From a virus (Duplodnaviria; Caudoviricetes), in the IMG/VR virus record IMGVR_UViG_3300045953_000152, positions 1 through 35,710 of that record: DNA of 35,710 nucleotides; one strand, written 5' to 3'. How positions within the stretch are numbered: position 1 is the first letter of the stretch; the number at the start of each line of letters is the position of its first letter. Both the position numbers and the translations under genes were made by a program. Below, one piece after another: positions 9,081-18,540 of the stretch. Under the pieces are notes generated by a model. That model had not been told where the DNA came from, did not search any database, and saw nothing but the letters and a program-made list of their open reading frames with translations.

Positions 9081-9506
9081 CTACGGGACGGTGATGCCGC
9101 CGACGTGCTCGTTGAGCTCGCCACAGTCGATGACCCACTCGCGGGTCCCGACCTCCTTGGCGAATGGAGCATCCGCGAACTTCTGGACCCACGCGCTCTC
9201 GGAGTGGGCGAGCGTCGTCCCGTTGAGGTCCTTGACCATGACCTCGCCGCTCCCCGTCCCGTTCTGTTCGTCCAGGAGGGCGGCCGCCGAGAGGATGTCG
9301 TTCGACAGCGAGTCTTGCTGAAGCGTGAGCGTGATTTTCCCGCCCTTGTTGTTGTTCCGCGCGCGGCACACGTTGCCGTTCGAGCCGACGGTCTTGAACC
9401 ACCCCTCTTCGTCGCGCGCGACGTTGACGTGCGTGTCCGCGGCAAACCCGGTGATGATGTTGCCGAGGAAGGTGACGACGATCTTGTTCGGGTCGTAGGT
9501 GGCCAT
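9081..9506 (-). CDS. Tail tube protein (DUF3277-like)
   Basis: TYDP......G..ITGF, G.ITLTLQQ.S.SN..LS, REW.I motifs; follows sheath. Confidence 0.88.
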   Translation of the reverse strand: MATYDPNKIVVTFLGNIITGFAADTHVNVARDEEGWFKTVGSNGNVCRARNNNKGGKITLTLQQDSLSNDILSAAALLDEQNGTGSGEVMVKDLNGTTLAHSESAWVQKFADAPFAKEVGTREWVIDCGELNEHVGGITVP

Positions 9507-9515
9507 GGCCAGCTC

Positions 9516-10853
9516 CTAGAAGGACACCTGTCCGGCGATGTTGACGTGGTGGATGGCTCCCGCCCCCGTCGCGTTGAAGAACATGTCCGGTAGCAGTCGG
9601 TCGGCCTTGTTGACCGGCGACACGCTGGCCGCCTTCGGAACGATGACCGTGGGGGCCGGGGTCGCGGCGAGGAGCCCGACACGCACACCGGCCGTCAGGC
9701 TGGCGCGCATCGCGGCCTCGACCAGGGCGATCCCTGGGTCGGTGAACGGGATCTTGGCGACGGTGACCAGCACCGCGACCACGCGCGCCTGCATGTCCGC
9801 CTGCAGCCAGTCGATCCCGCGCAGGACGTCGATGTACTTGCGCGTCCCGGCGGTCGTCCCGTAGAGGGTGAAGTTCTGCCCTCCGACCTCGACGTAGAAG
9901 TTGCCGCTCTTCGCCTTGAGGTTCGCGATCTGGGTGTCGGTGAGAACGTCCTTCTCGACGCCAGCGAGCGTCTTGAAGGCCCACGTCTCGGAGCCTGGCT
10001 GGAACGGCAGACACTTGCCGTCCCACGCCGCGGCGATCATCGAGCCGTTGTCTCGGTGGTAGACCACCGGGGTGTACTCGTACGCCGCGTTCTTCACCTG
10101 CTTCATGAGCGTCGTCGAGTCAGAACCCGTGACAACGGTGGCCGCCTCCGTCTCCTGGGTGTCGGCGAGGAACAGCTTCTTGTTGGCCTCGCACCAGGCC
10201 GCGATCGCGAGCCCCATGGCCGTGCTGTTGTAGCTGTTGACCACCGCGTACCACGTGTTGTCCTCGAGCTTGATAGCGTCGAGGTCGGCAGCCACGCCTG
10301 GGTCGGCGTGATCCTGGACGATCTTCAGGAGACCGGTGTCGATGATCTTCACCGCGTTCCAGTTCGCCGGCGCGTCGGCGAGCAGGCGCACGAAGTGGCT
10401 CCCGGCGCCCCCCGAGGTATCAGCGCTGGCGGTCAGCGTGTCACCCGAGAGCGCGTTGATGGCAGTGACGAGCCCCGCCACGATCTCGTCGTTCGTCGCG
10501 TTGGCGTCTGAGGTGAAGGTGGCCTCGTTGGCGCCGACCTTGACCTTGTAGGCCGTGCTGTTCTGGACGCTCGAGACGCGGACGGCCCACCGCTGCGTGG
10601 GCTTGTTCGCCAGCCGGCCGATCATGACCGAGGGCGGACACGGGGTCTGGCCGAAATACGCCGCCGCCTGCTTGTACTCCGGCGTCGTTGACGCGAAGTC
10701 GAGGGCGACCGCGGCGAGGTTGGAGTAAGAGCGCGTGCGCTCCGTCCATGCTGCGTTGGCCGAGAGGATCATCCCCTTGCCAAAGCCCTCCTGTGAGATG
10801 CCAGCTGTCGCCGTGGTGATGCTGACGGTGACGAACTCGTTCAGCGAAGGCAT
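9516..10853 (-). CDS. Tail sheath protein (DUF3383-like)
   Basis: PEYK.A..YFGQ, PGSETWAFKTLAGV, YID..RGIDWL, KIPFTD.G, GAIH.V.I motifs. Confidence 0.92.
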   Translation of the reverse strand: MPSLNEFVTVSITTATAGISQEGFGKGMILSANAAWTERTRSYSNLAAVALDFASTTPEYKQAAAYFGQTPCPPSVMIGRLANKPTQRWAVRVSSVQNSTAYKVKVGANEATFTSDANATNDEIVAGLVTAINALSGDTLTASADTSGGAGSHFVRLLADAPANWNAVKIIDTGLLKIVQDHADPGVAADLDAIKLEDNTWYAVVNSYNSTAMGLAIAAWCEANKKLFLADTQETEAATVVTGSDSTTLMKQVKNAAYEYTPVVYHRDNGSMIAAAWDGKCLPFQPGSETWAFKTLAGVEKDVLTDTQIANLKAKSGNFYVEVGGQNFTLYGTTAGTRKYIDVLRGIDWLQADMQARVVAVLVTVAKIPFTDPGIALVEAAMRASLTAGVRVGLLAATPAPTVIVPKAASVSPVNKADRLLPDMFFNATGAGAIHHVNIAGQVSF

Positions 10854-10866
10854 TCCTCAGCTCCTC

Positions 10867-11418
10867 TCACGGCGCCTCGACCTCGAAGGTCTCGCCCGTC
10901 ATCTGGTTAGTGATCTCGACCGAGGCGATGTAGCCCCCCATCTCGGTCTCGAGCTCGCGGTAGTACCAGCGCGTCTCCAGCACGGCGCGGCTCTCCCAGT
11001 CGGCGTCAACGAGCTGCGGCACGTGCATCACCTGCCCGTTGTCGAAGCAAGACAGCCCCGCCGAGGACAGCGCGTCGTGGATGGACGGCAGGCGCATCCG
11101 CGTCTGCACCGCCGCCAGGATCGCGGGGGCGCTCGCGTTGCCGCTCACCTCCGACGAGTAGCACTGGACGCTCAGGGTGAGCTCGCGCAGACCGGTCACG
11201 CGGTGCTCGATCTCCTGACCCGGGGGCCGCGCGGCGTCGTAGTTCCAGTCGTGCGAGTCGAGACCCACGGGGACGCGGGGCCCGATGCGCAGGTCGATGT
11301 GCGTCCCGCTCGGCCGTGGCCCGCCCTGCCAGCCCCAGATGACGTGGGCGTCGTCGAGCCCGGACGCCGTCTTGACCCAGGCGCGGAGCGCATCCTCGAT
11401 GTCGCGGGGCGTCGGCAT
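10867..11418 (-). CDS. Neck/tail terminator protein
   Basis: Position before sheath; G.RELTLSVQCY and E.RA..E motifs. Confidence 0.75.
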   Translation of the reverse strand: MPTPRDIEDALRAWVKTASGLDDAHVIWGWQGGPRPSGTHIDLRIGPRVPVGLDSHDWNYDAARPPGQEIEHRVTGLRELTLSVQCYSSEVSGNASAPAILAAVQTRMRLPSIHDALSSAGLSCFDNGQVMHVPQLVDADWESRAVLETRWYYRELETEMGGYIASVEITNQMTGETFEVEAP

Positions 11419-11759
11419 CAGTCGCCCACCCGCGTCGCCAGCGCGCGGTAGTAGCCGCCGAGTTCGGACCAGGGCTCGACCTGGTCCACCTCGTACTGCC
11501 GCCCGGACCAGGCGACGACGTCCTTCTCCTTGAGCTCCGTCGCCGTGAAGATGGTCAGCACGTCCCTCGTGCGCATGCCGTCGGGCAGCCGCTCGAGGTC
11601 CTTCCCGGCGACCGGCTGGACACAGGCGGTCACCTGGAACGTCGAGGACGGCGTAGTGTCCAGCCGCCCGTCGGCGCCGTAGGTCCGAGCGTCCCGCGTG
11701 ACAACGTACGTGCCCGTCGCGAACCGGCTGACCGTCGAGCTGAGGTCCATCACCGGCAT
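11418..11759 (-). CDS. Head closure / head-tail joining protein
   Basis: ATG 11759 with GGCGAG upstream; VQP..GKDL.RLP.G.R motif. Confidence 0.75.
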   Translation of the reverse strand: MPVMDLSSTVSRFATGTYVVTRDARTYGADGRLDTTPSSTFQVTACVQPVAGKDLERLPDGMRTRDVLTIFTATELKEKDVVAWSGRQYEVDQVEPWSELGGYYRALATRVGD

Positions 11760-12265
11760 CAGCTCGCCTTCTTCCCGGAGATCACGACGGCGTAGCTGAT
11801 CGCACCCACCATCCGTCCGGTGTCGACCAGCGTGCGGTCGCTGCCCTTCTGGGCGACGGTAGCCGGGGCGTTGGGCGGCGGGATGCTGTCGCCCGCCGTG
11901 ACGCGCTTCTTGATGTCGGCCGCGGCCTTCGCACCAAGCAGGTTCAGCAGCCGCTCGATGTTGAGCCTCTGCGCGTACACGTCGGGCAGGCGCTTCCTCA
12001 GGATCTCGAGGTACTCGGGCTTCCTCTCCTCGAACGTCGAGCGGATGAACGACCGCTCCGGGATGCCCACCGAGGGTGCGCCGAACTCGTGGATGGCCCC
12101 CAGCGCGCCGTTGGTGAGGCCGTCCGAGTGTCCCTGCCCGCCGGGACCCTCCTCGAGAAAGCCCACCTTGGCGAAGCTGTCGCCCTGCTGGAGGGTCTTG
12201 GCCATCTTCTTCAGGGCGTCCCAGCCGCGGTCGACCTCCTTGATGGCGAACCGGAGGCCCCTCAC
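11759..12265 (-). CDS. Neck protein (tail completion, HK97 gp10-like)
   Basis: GTG 12265 overlap; HEFGAP..GIPERSFIRST and PPNAP.T...KGS...LVDTG motifs. Confidence 0.85.
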   Translation of the reverse strand: MRGLRFAIKEVDRGWDALKKMAKTLQQGDSFAKVGFLEEGPGGQGHSDGLTNGALGAIHEFGAPSVGIPERSFIRSTFEERKPEYLEILRKRLPDVYAQRLNIERLLNLLGAKAAADIKKRVTAGDSIPPPNAPATVAQKGSDRTLVDTGRMVGAISYAVVISGKKAS

Positions 12266-12603
12266 GTGACGAGCACCCGGGGCAGATGCGCCCTCGCCAT
12301 GGCCAGGTACTCGCGTCCCCAGGCCGTGCCACCCAGGTCCGCCATCGCCTGCTCGGACGCGACCGCGTAGCTGCGCGAGACGGCTCCGACGGACTCGCTG
12401 GACACCGGCCCGCCACCGGCGCCGCTCGTCTTCGACACGAGGCCGAGGTGCGCCGCCAGGTACTTGAGCGCGAGGTCCCGCCGGGCCCCCCATTCGGTCC
12501 CGACGCGCAGCTCGACGTCCGCGAGGATCGCGATCTGCGATGCCACCGGGGTCGTCGAGAGCGACGCCTCGATGTTCACCACGTCGGTCCAGGTGATGGC
12601 CAT
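12262..12603 (-). CDS. Head-tail adaptor (DUF4054-like)
   Basis: YLAAHL, VSSESVG.VSRSY, T.WGREY motifs. Confidence 0.88.
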   Translation of the reverse strand: MAITWTDVVNIEASLSTTPVASQIAILADVELRVGTEWGARRDLALKYLAAHLGLVSKTSGAGGGPVSSESVGAVSRSYAVASEQAMADLGGTAWGREYLAMARAHLPRVLVT

Positions 12604-12610
12604 GCCCGGC

Positions 12611-12643
12611 CACCACTACACACGGCCGCAGACTCGACGTTGG
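12611..12643 (-). promoter_or_regulatory. Conserved intergenic motif CCAACG-N13-CGTGTGTAGTGGTG, copy 2 (candidate late promoter)
   Basis: 14-bp identity with 18541-18554, plus CCAACG at the same offset; in the gap upstream of the neck/tail genes. Confidence 0.6.
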
Positions 12644-12654
12644 GTGCGTCGCCC

Positions 12655-14625
12655 TTAGGGCGGCACGATCACGACGGAGCCGGCGGTCGCCGCGGCCTTG
12701 GTCGTGATCGCCTTGCCGAGGGGTACCGCCGTCCCGTTGTTCACCAAGCCCGTGCGGACGCCGTTCTGCGACTCGATCAGGTCACCGACGGCTACCGCTC
12801 CGGCCGTAGCCATCGTCACGCGCGCGATCGTGGAAGACAGGGGGCACACGAGCACGAAGGTCGAGCCGCCGGAGACCACCACGCCGCACTTCAGGTTCGC
12901 GCCTTGAGGTGTGATCACCTTCGGCCAGACGTACGAGTTGGCCGTGACCGTCCCGTTGAACTCGACGAGGTCGCCCACCGCCATCGTTACACCATTGGCG
13001 TGGCACACGATCGTGCGGCCATTCTCCCAGCCGTCGGCGGTGAAGCGGTCGAACGTCAGGGCAGTCCCCTGGAACGAGTCGGCGTCGAACTGGATGGGCG
13101 TGCCGAACGTGTTGGCCCAGATGAATCGCCTGATGCGTGGGGTGCCGAACTGGCCACCGTCGAAGAGCGCCGCGGGCCCACCGACGTTCACACCGTCCCC
13201 GGAGTTGCCGTCGAACTCGTAGAGATCGATGTCCGTCGAGCTGACGTTGTTCTCGGTCCGAAGACCGTTGAGCACGCCCTGGCAGACGATGCGCTCGAGC
13301 TTGCCGTTACAGTCGGAGATGAGGACGCCATCCATCCGCACGAGGTCCGGGCGGAACCCGCTGTTGCGGACGAAGATCTCGTCGATCGAGATCCCGAACC
13401 AGTCGTGCAGCAGGACACCGCAGCCGGCGGCACCCTGGCCTGGATGCCGGCAGTCGTCGGCGATCACCGATGAGATCCGAAGCCCGTAGCCGAACTGCTC
13501 CTGTCCGATCGGCGCCGACCCAAGGGTCAGACCTGCGCCGATGTGCTGCGCAGAGCTGAGGAGCATCCCGGCGGCCACCATCTGCGTGACCGCCTGGTCG
13601 GAGATCATGTCCCGGAAGATCAGGTCCCCGAACGTGAGGTGCTTGCCGCCGCGGACGTGGCCGCCGATGCACATGCGCGCGAGGTTCGCGTCCCCGCCCT
13701 TGATGTTCGTGCACCGCGAATCGTAAAAGAAGCCGCCGCGCGGTACCCCTGAGGCGTGGTGACGCACGCCGCGCGGGTCCGAGGTGAGCAGGCCCCACGA
13801 CCCGTTGAACGCCGAGTCGAGGTAGAGGATGCAGTTGACCTCGCCCAGCGAGTGGAGGCTGGGGACGCCGAACACCTCCGCGGCCACGAGCTCGAGGCCC
13901 GCGCGGGAGATGCCCTGGAACGAGAGGCCGCGCGCCCGCAGACCGAACGTGAACCGCTCGAGGACGCCGACCGCAAGCGGTTGGGCCGCGCCTGAGCCAT
14001 CGATGATCAAGTCCTCCAGCCCACCGTCGAGGACTGGCGTGACAGCCTTGACTGTCGCACCGGCCTCGAACTGCTTGGCGAGGTCCCAAGCGAGCGGGAT
14101 CGTCGTGCCGCTCACGTAGCTGGTGTCGATCTTCACCACCGCGCGGTGGACGACAGCGGCGCCGTCGGACTCCAGGTAGGGGTCAGAGGCCCCCTCGATG
14201 ACCAGATAGTCGCCGCCAGCGATCGGTCCTGGGTTGACGGCCGTGAGCACGATAGACGTCGCGTCCTTGTACGCGACGGCGGACAGGGTCGTGTTCAGCT
14301 TGCCGGTGTTGATCGCGCCATCGGCCTTGATCAGCGCGTTGGTTCGGTCGTCGGCGGCCCCGGTCCACCCGACCCTCGGCTTCAGCCGAGCCTGTCGCCC
14401 GTGGTACCCAGCGATCGAGACGTTGTCCTTGCGGATCAACGTGCCAGTGTAGTAGTCGCCCTCGTCGAGCTCGACGAGACCCCCACCCAGCGCGAAGAGC
14501 GTGTCGATCGCGGCCTGCAGCTCGGCGGTCTTCTCCTCCGCGCTGGTCTTGCTCGGCAGCACGTGTTTGACCCGGCTCGATGTGGTGACCGGCGGCAGGC
14601 TGCCCAGGTTGATCTGGAAGCTCAC
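12655..14625 (-). CDS. Pectin-lyase-fold beta-helix spike/depolymerase-like virion protein (656 aa)
   Basis: TAELQAAID....GGG.V.L.EG.Y beta-helix cap, Gly/Asn/hydrophobic repeats, C-terminal VGD.V/VGDLI..G...LGKAI domain. Confidence 0.75.
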   Translation of the reverse strand: MSFQINLGSLPPVTTSSRVKHVLPSKTSAEEKTAELQAAIDTLFALGGGLVELDEGDYYTGTLIRKDNVSIAGYHGRQARLKPRVGWTGAADDRTNALIKADGAINTGKLNTTLSAVAYKDATSIVLTAVNPGPIAGGDYLVIEGASDPYLESDGAAVVHRAVVKIDTSYVSGTTIPLAWDLAKQFEAGATVKAVTPVLDGGLEDLIIDGSGAAQPLAVGVLERFTFGLRARGLSFQGISRAGLELVAAEVFGVPSLHSLGEVNCILYLDSAFNGSWGLLTSDPRGVRHHASGVPRGGFFYDSRCTNIKGGDANLARMCIGGHVRGGKHLTFGDLIFRDMISDQAVTQMVAAGMLLSSAQHIGAGLTLGSAPIGQEQFGYGLRISSVIADDCRHPGQGAAGCGVLLHDWFGISIDEIFVRNSGFRPDLVRMDGVLISDCNGKLERIVCQGVLNGLRTENNVSSTDIDLYEFDGNSGDGVNVGGPAALFDGGQFGTPRIRRFIWANTFGTPIQFDADSFQGTALTFDRFTADGWENGRTIVCHANGVTMAVGDLVEFNGTVTANSYVWPKVITPQGANLKCGVVVSGGSTFVLVCPLSSTIARVTMATAGAVAVGDLIESQNGVRTGLVNNGTAVPLGKAITTKAAATAGSVVIVPP

Positions 14626-15095
14626 GTCGTGGGCCTCGTCGAGGGGTCGAGGATCTCGATCATCCCCTTCACGATGGTGCGCACCGTCCCGTCACCGAGC
14701 TTCACGCGGACGTCGTAGAAGCGGTTCCCCTTCGCCGCTCGGAGCGCGGTCTCGTCCTCGTCGGAGCAGCGGATGGTGAACCACCCCTTGCCGGTGTGGG
14801 CGATCGGGTCCTCCGTCACCTGGTTGGCGTCCGCCTCGATCTGCTTGATGCTCGTCGAGGGGATGTTCGTGTCCGACCGGCGGGTAAAGAGGGTGCCCGC
14901 CGCCTCAAGAGTCTCCCGGACGTGCATCAGGATGAGCGCGCCCGTGAGCGACACGGCGGCGCCCGCCGCGTCGCGGACCTGCAGCCGGAGCGTCCAGTCG
15001 TCACCGGCGACGAGGGGAGCGAGGCCCTGCTTGACGAGGAAGTACGCGCTCAGGTCAAGCGCGTAGGGGTTCGCGATCTGGAGGGGAAGCGTCAC
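14622..15095 (-). CDS. BppU-N-like fibre/spike adaptor
   Basis: GDDW...V.D..G..V.LTG....M.VR ... YDV......V.T...G.I pattern; coupled to the spike gene. Confidence 0.55.
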   Translation of the reverse strand: MTLPLQIANPYALDLSAYFLVKQGLAPLVAGDDWTLRLQVRDAAGAAVSLTGALILMHVRETLEAAGTLFTRRSDTNIPSTSIKQIEADANQVTEDPIAHTGKGWFTIRCSDEDETALRAAKGNRFYDVRVKLGDGTVRTIVKGMIEILDPSTRPTT

Positions 15096-15098
15096 CCA

Positions 15099-15404
15099 CT
15101 ACCCCCCTCCAACCGCGGCGAAGACCTTCAGCGTCCCCGCGCCCGCGTCGGTCTTGCGCGACGCGATGGTCCCGCCGGGGATGCAGGAGACCTCCTGCAG
15201 CGAGTCGGCGGCGCCGAGCTTCGCCATCTGTGCGGTCGTGGGGCTGAACGAGTCGTTCTTCCCGGTGCACGAGACCATGAAGGTTGTTGTCGAGGGCTGG
15301 ACCCACAGGCGGTAGGTGCCCTTCGGGATGACGAACGGCGCGGCCGTGTTGCTGTTGAGCTTGAGGTCCGAGCCGGCGTGCTCGAGTGTGCCCAGGTAGA
15401 GCAT
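15099..15404 (-). CDS. Small beta-rich virion protein, unknown function (101 aa)
   Basis: ATG 15404 with GGGAG RBS right after the capsid stop; MLYLGTLEHAG...; true start lies within listed ORF 15099..16160. Confidence 0.7.
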   Translation of the reverse strand: MLYLGTLEHAGSDLKLNSNTAAPFVIPKGTYRLWVQPSTTTFMVSCTGKNDSFSPTTAQMAKLGAADSLQEVSCIPGGTIASRKTDAGAGTLKVFAAVGGG

Positions 15405-15412
15405 CCGCTCCC

Positions 15413-16351
15413 CTAGATGCTGTCGCCGTAGGAGACCGCCACCGGGTAGCGGCACACGACGCCGCCGCAGCTCGCGGTGACCGGGACGACGTAGCTCAGG
15501 TTCCTGAGCTGGGCCGCCTCGGAGCGGATCTCCTGCGGCACCAGGCAGGCGAGCACGTCGGCGTCGTACGGGTACGCCATCATGCGCGTCACGCTGCCCG
15601 AGCCAGCCGTATCGCAGCGGTGCCATCCCTGGACCGACTCGACGTTCGGGTGCGCGAGGGCCGCCTGCAGGGCGGTCGTCGGGGTGTCCGGGCCCATGCG
15701 GATCCAGCCGGCGTAGTTGTACGCGTCGACCGGCAGGAGGACGCGGAACTTCTGCCACGCGCCGTTCCCCTTGAGGGCCTTCACGATCGCCGCGCAGATG
15801 CCGACGATGTCCGCGTAGACCTCGTCCCCCGTCGCGTTCGGCGCCGTGATGGTGCCCCAGGACGTTCCACCCGCCGCCTTCGTCCCCGGCGTGAAGGAGG
15901 TGGTGCCCGAGGCGATCTTCAGCGCGCCGACCAGCCCCTGCGCGGTGTTGCCGATCGACAGGGCCTCGTCGATCTCCTGCTCGATCGCCTTGCGCGCGCC
16001 GAACGCCAGCGTGGCGTCGAGGGGGACCCCGAGCTTCGCGGCGGTCTTGATCTCCTTGATCGTGTACCCGTAGCTGGCGCCGCAGTCCTTGATCTTGACC
16101 AGCGCCGTTTCCCCGAGAGCTCCGACGCGGGGCAGGTCCTGCGAAGGGTCTGCGATCCACTGAGCACGGCCGACGCGGTCCAGCGTCCGGTACTCGTAGA
16201 CCTTCATCCCCTCGTCGACGCCGTCCTGCGTCGGGAAGTGACGCCGCGCCGCCAGCTCGGCGTACTTCTTCTCGTACATCTTCTGATCGACGGACTTCAG
16301 CTGATTCTGGAAGAAGTACGACTCCGTCGCGTCGAGCCTGGTGGGGTCCAT
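15413..16351 (-). CDS. Major capsid protein (DUF2184/HK97 fold)
   Basis: QL..VD...YE..Y, DLPRV, SYGYT..E, GGV..RYP.A..Y.D.I motifs; AAAGGA RBS. Confidence 0.92.
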   Translation of the reverse strand: MDPTRLDATESYFFQNQLKSVDQKMYEKKYAELAARRHFPTQDGVDEGMKVYEYRTLDRVGRAQWIADPSQDLPRVGALGETALVKIKDCGASYGYTIKEIKTAAKLGVPLDATLAFGARKAIEQEIDEALSIGNTAQGLVGALKIASGTTSFTPGTKAAGGTSWGTITAPNATGDEVYADIVGICAAIVKALKGNGAWQKFRVLLPVDAYNYAGWIRMGPDTPTTALQAALAHPNVESVQGWHRCDTAGSGSVTRMMAYPYDADVLACLVPQEIRSEAAQLRNLSYVVPVTASCGGVVCRYPVAVSYGDSI

Positions 16352-16370
16352 GGTTCTGTCCTTTCGCTCC

Positions 16371-16775
16371 TTACACGTAGCGTCCGTAGACCACGATCTG
16401 CCCCGCGGGGAGCGTGGTGGTTCCGCTCAGGTCGAGAAACAGCGACATCACATCGCCGGCGGCGAAGACCTTGTCGGCGTCAGTCGCGCTGCCGACCATG
16501 TCCACGTGCGTGTCGGCGGCGATGGTTCCCTGCTGCCCCGTCTGCGTCGACCAGTTGAAGGCGACCGTCGCGCCCTTGAGCAGCTTGATGTTGGCGAAGT
16601 TGGAGGCGTTCGCCGCGAGCCCGGTCGCGTTGAAGTACTTCACCCCGTCGACGCGGAACCGCTTGCCGGCGGGCACCTGCATGATGCGCGTGGTCGCGTC
16701 GCCGGTGACCTGCGCGTGCAGGAAGGGACCGAGGACGATCTCCTGCTGATACGGGTTCTTCGGCTTCGCCGGCAT
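16371..16775 (-). CDS. Putative capsid decoration/accessory protein
   Basis: 134 aa beta-rich protein with AAGGAG RBS, between cement and capsid genes. Confidence 0.6.
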   Translation of the reverse strand: MPAKPKNPYQQEIVLGPFLHAQVTGDATTRIMQVPAGKRFRVDGVKYFNATGLAANASNFANIKLLKGATVAFNWSTQTGQQGTIAADTHVDMVGSATDADKVFAAGDVMSLFLDLSGTTTLPAGQIVVYGRYV

Positions 16776-16784
16776 GACCGCTCC

Positions 16785-17300
16785 TTAGGTGTCGTTCGTC
16801 CAGGTCGAACGGCTCGACATGTCGATCTCGAGCTCGGCGAGGCCGGCGCCCGACGTCGAGCTGAGCCACCGCGCCGACGTGACCAGCTTGGTGTTGTTCG
16901 CCGAGGCGGTCTTGTAGAAGACGCCCTTGGTGCCACCCGTGCCGGTCGCGTTGTACCGGACCGCGTCGTTCGGCCCGACCGCCTCGCCCACCTCGACGAC
17001 GATCTTGCCTCGCGTGATCACCGCGAGGCTGACGCCAGGCTTCAGCCCGGTCGTCCCCAGCTCGTCGTCCTTGGCGTAGCGATGCGAGTGCATCACGATG
17101 CCGATGGGGACGTCGGCCTGGGCGGCGAGCTCCTTCGCCTGCTCGACCGCCGTGCCCTGCTTCACCATGCGGCCGAAGGCGAGTTCGATGGAGGCCTCCT
17201 CGTTGACGTAGGACTCCGAGGAGTAGTCGTTGAGGTCCACGAGCATGCCGGCGAAGTACGCCGCCGGCTTGATGGACACGGTGGTCTGGGGGGCGGGCAT
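16785..17300 (-). CDS. Capsid cement/decoration protein
   Basis: AGML.D, FGR.V, V..RG.I.V...EAV motifs; lies between scaffold and capsid. Confidence 0.75.
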   Translation of the reverse strand: MPAPQTTVSIKPAAYFAGMLVDLNDYSSESYVNEEASIELAFGRMVKQGTAVEQAKELAAQADVPIGIVMHSHRYAKDDELGTTGLKPGVSLAVITRGKIVVEVGEAVGPNDAVRYNATGTGGTKGVFYKTASANNTKLVTSARWLSSTSGAGLAELEIDMSSRSTWTNDT

Positions 17301-17303
17301 GGC

Positions 17304-18530
17304 CTACTCCTTCTCCTGCCCGCGGTTGCGGGCGATCATCTTCTTGCGCGCCGACTCGGGGTCGACGCGGTCCTCGCGCGCGGCCTCGCGATCGGCGCGC
17401 TCGCGGATCTGGTCGAGCCCCCGCTCGCCGAGGTGGTGGCCGCGGACGGCTTCTTCGAAGAGGGCCTCGACGTACTCGTCGGAGCGCTCCTTTGCGGAGT
17501 TCGCGTCGCGCCCGGTCCGTTCGAGGACCGCGAGCATCACCGTGCGGTTGTCGAGCCCGTCGATGCGCGTCTTCTTGTCGAGGATCAGCGCCGCCGACGC
17601 CTCGATCATGACGCGCTTCCGCACCGCGGCCTGCAGCCGCTTCGGATCCTCGGCGGCGTCGAGCCGCCTCTGCAGATCGGCGATCTGGGCGGTGAGCGCC
17701 TTGCTCTCGTTCTGCAGGCGCGGGATCTCGGCGGCGTCCTTGCGTGCCTGCTCGAGCTGCTGGCGCAGCACGGGGATGTCGGCCGCCGTCCCCTCCGCCT
17801 TGTCGGCGCGGGCGCGGAGCTCGGCCAGCGTAGCCTCCGCCTTCTCGGCGCGGGCGCGCCATTCGCCGACCAGCTGCTTGGCCGCGTCGAGGTCGTCCTT
17901 GCGCGCGGACGAGCCGCAGTGCGGGCACTTCGCGTCATCCCCGATGGCCTTGCCGCAGTCCTTGCACTTCATGGGGTCCTCTCCTTCGTAGAGGTCGCGG
18001 CGCATCACCGCCGCGTCCATGCGCACGCAGGCCTCTTTCCCCGCGCGCGGCTCGTAGACGAGCGCCAGGTGGTTCCCGCGGATGTTCCGCTGGATGGCGT
18101 CATACCGGCCGTACCGCGGGTCCTCGCCCGGCGTCTCGTCGAGCTCGACCTCGTACCCGCACGACAGGCCGACCTTGCCCGCCTCCATCTTGTTGATGGT
18201 CGCGACGTCCGTCACCACGAGGCTCCCGACGACCTGCTCGTCCTCACGCCGGACGTCCTCGCCGGTCATCCCGCGCTGGTAGCGGTCGCGGTTGTCAGCG
18301 CGGACGAGCTCGGGCGGGTGGTCATCGGTGATCGGGACGAGCTGAAACGACTCGAGCGCATCCTTGCGGAAGACCTCGTCGGGCGGGCGCAGCTCACGCC
18401 GCTGGGTGCCGTCCTTGTTGAGGTAGACGAACACGCCCGCGCGAGTGAACACGCCATCGACGCGAAGCGCCCCCGCCGAGGTTCGGCGAGGGGAGCGGAG
18501 GGTGCCGCGGTCGATGCGTACGGCGCGCAT
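17304..18530 (-). CDS. Prohead protease/scaffold (DUF2213-like)
   Basis: TRAGVFVY, ELRPPDEVF, PITDDHP, LSCGY, YDAIQRNIRGNHLALV..RAG, RMD motifs; coiled-coil C-terminus. Confidence 0.92.
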   Translation of the reverse strand: MRAVRIDRGTLRSPRRTSAGALRVDGVFTRAGVFVYLNKDGTQRRELRPPDEVFRKDALESFQLVPITDDHPPELVRADNRDRYQRGMTGEDVRREDEQVVGSLVVTDVATINKMEAGKVGLSCGYEVELDETPGEDPRYGRYDAIQRNIRGNHLALVYEPRAGKEACVRMDAAVMRRDLYEGEDPMKCKDCGKAIGDDAKCPHCGSSARKDDLDAAKQLVGEWRARAEKAEATLAELRARADKAEGTAADIPVLRQQLEQARKDAAEIPRLQNESKALTAQIADLQRRLDAAEDPKRLQAAVRKRVMIEASAALILDKKTRIDGLDNRTVMLAVLERTGRDANSAKERSDEYVEALFEEAVRGHHLGERGLDQIRERADREAAREDRVDPESARKKMIARNRGQEKE

Positions 18531-18540
18531 GCCTGATGCG

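Noticed and set aside
15413-16351. Encapsulin/bacteriocin-like reading of the capsid gene, or a tailocin/eCIS reading of the tail genes
   Set aside because: Terminase, portal, protease and replication genes are present, so this is a full phage
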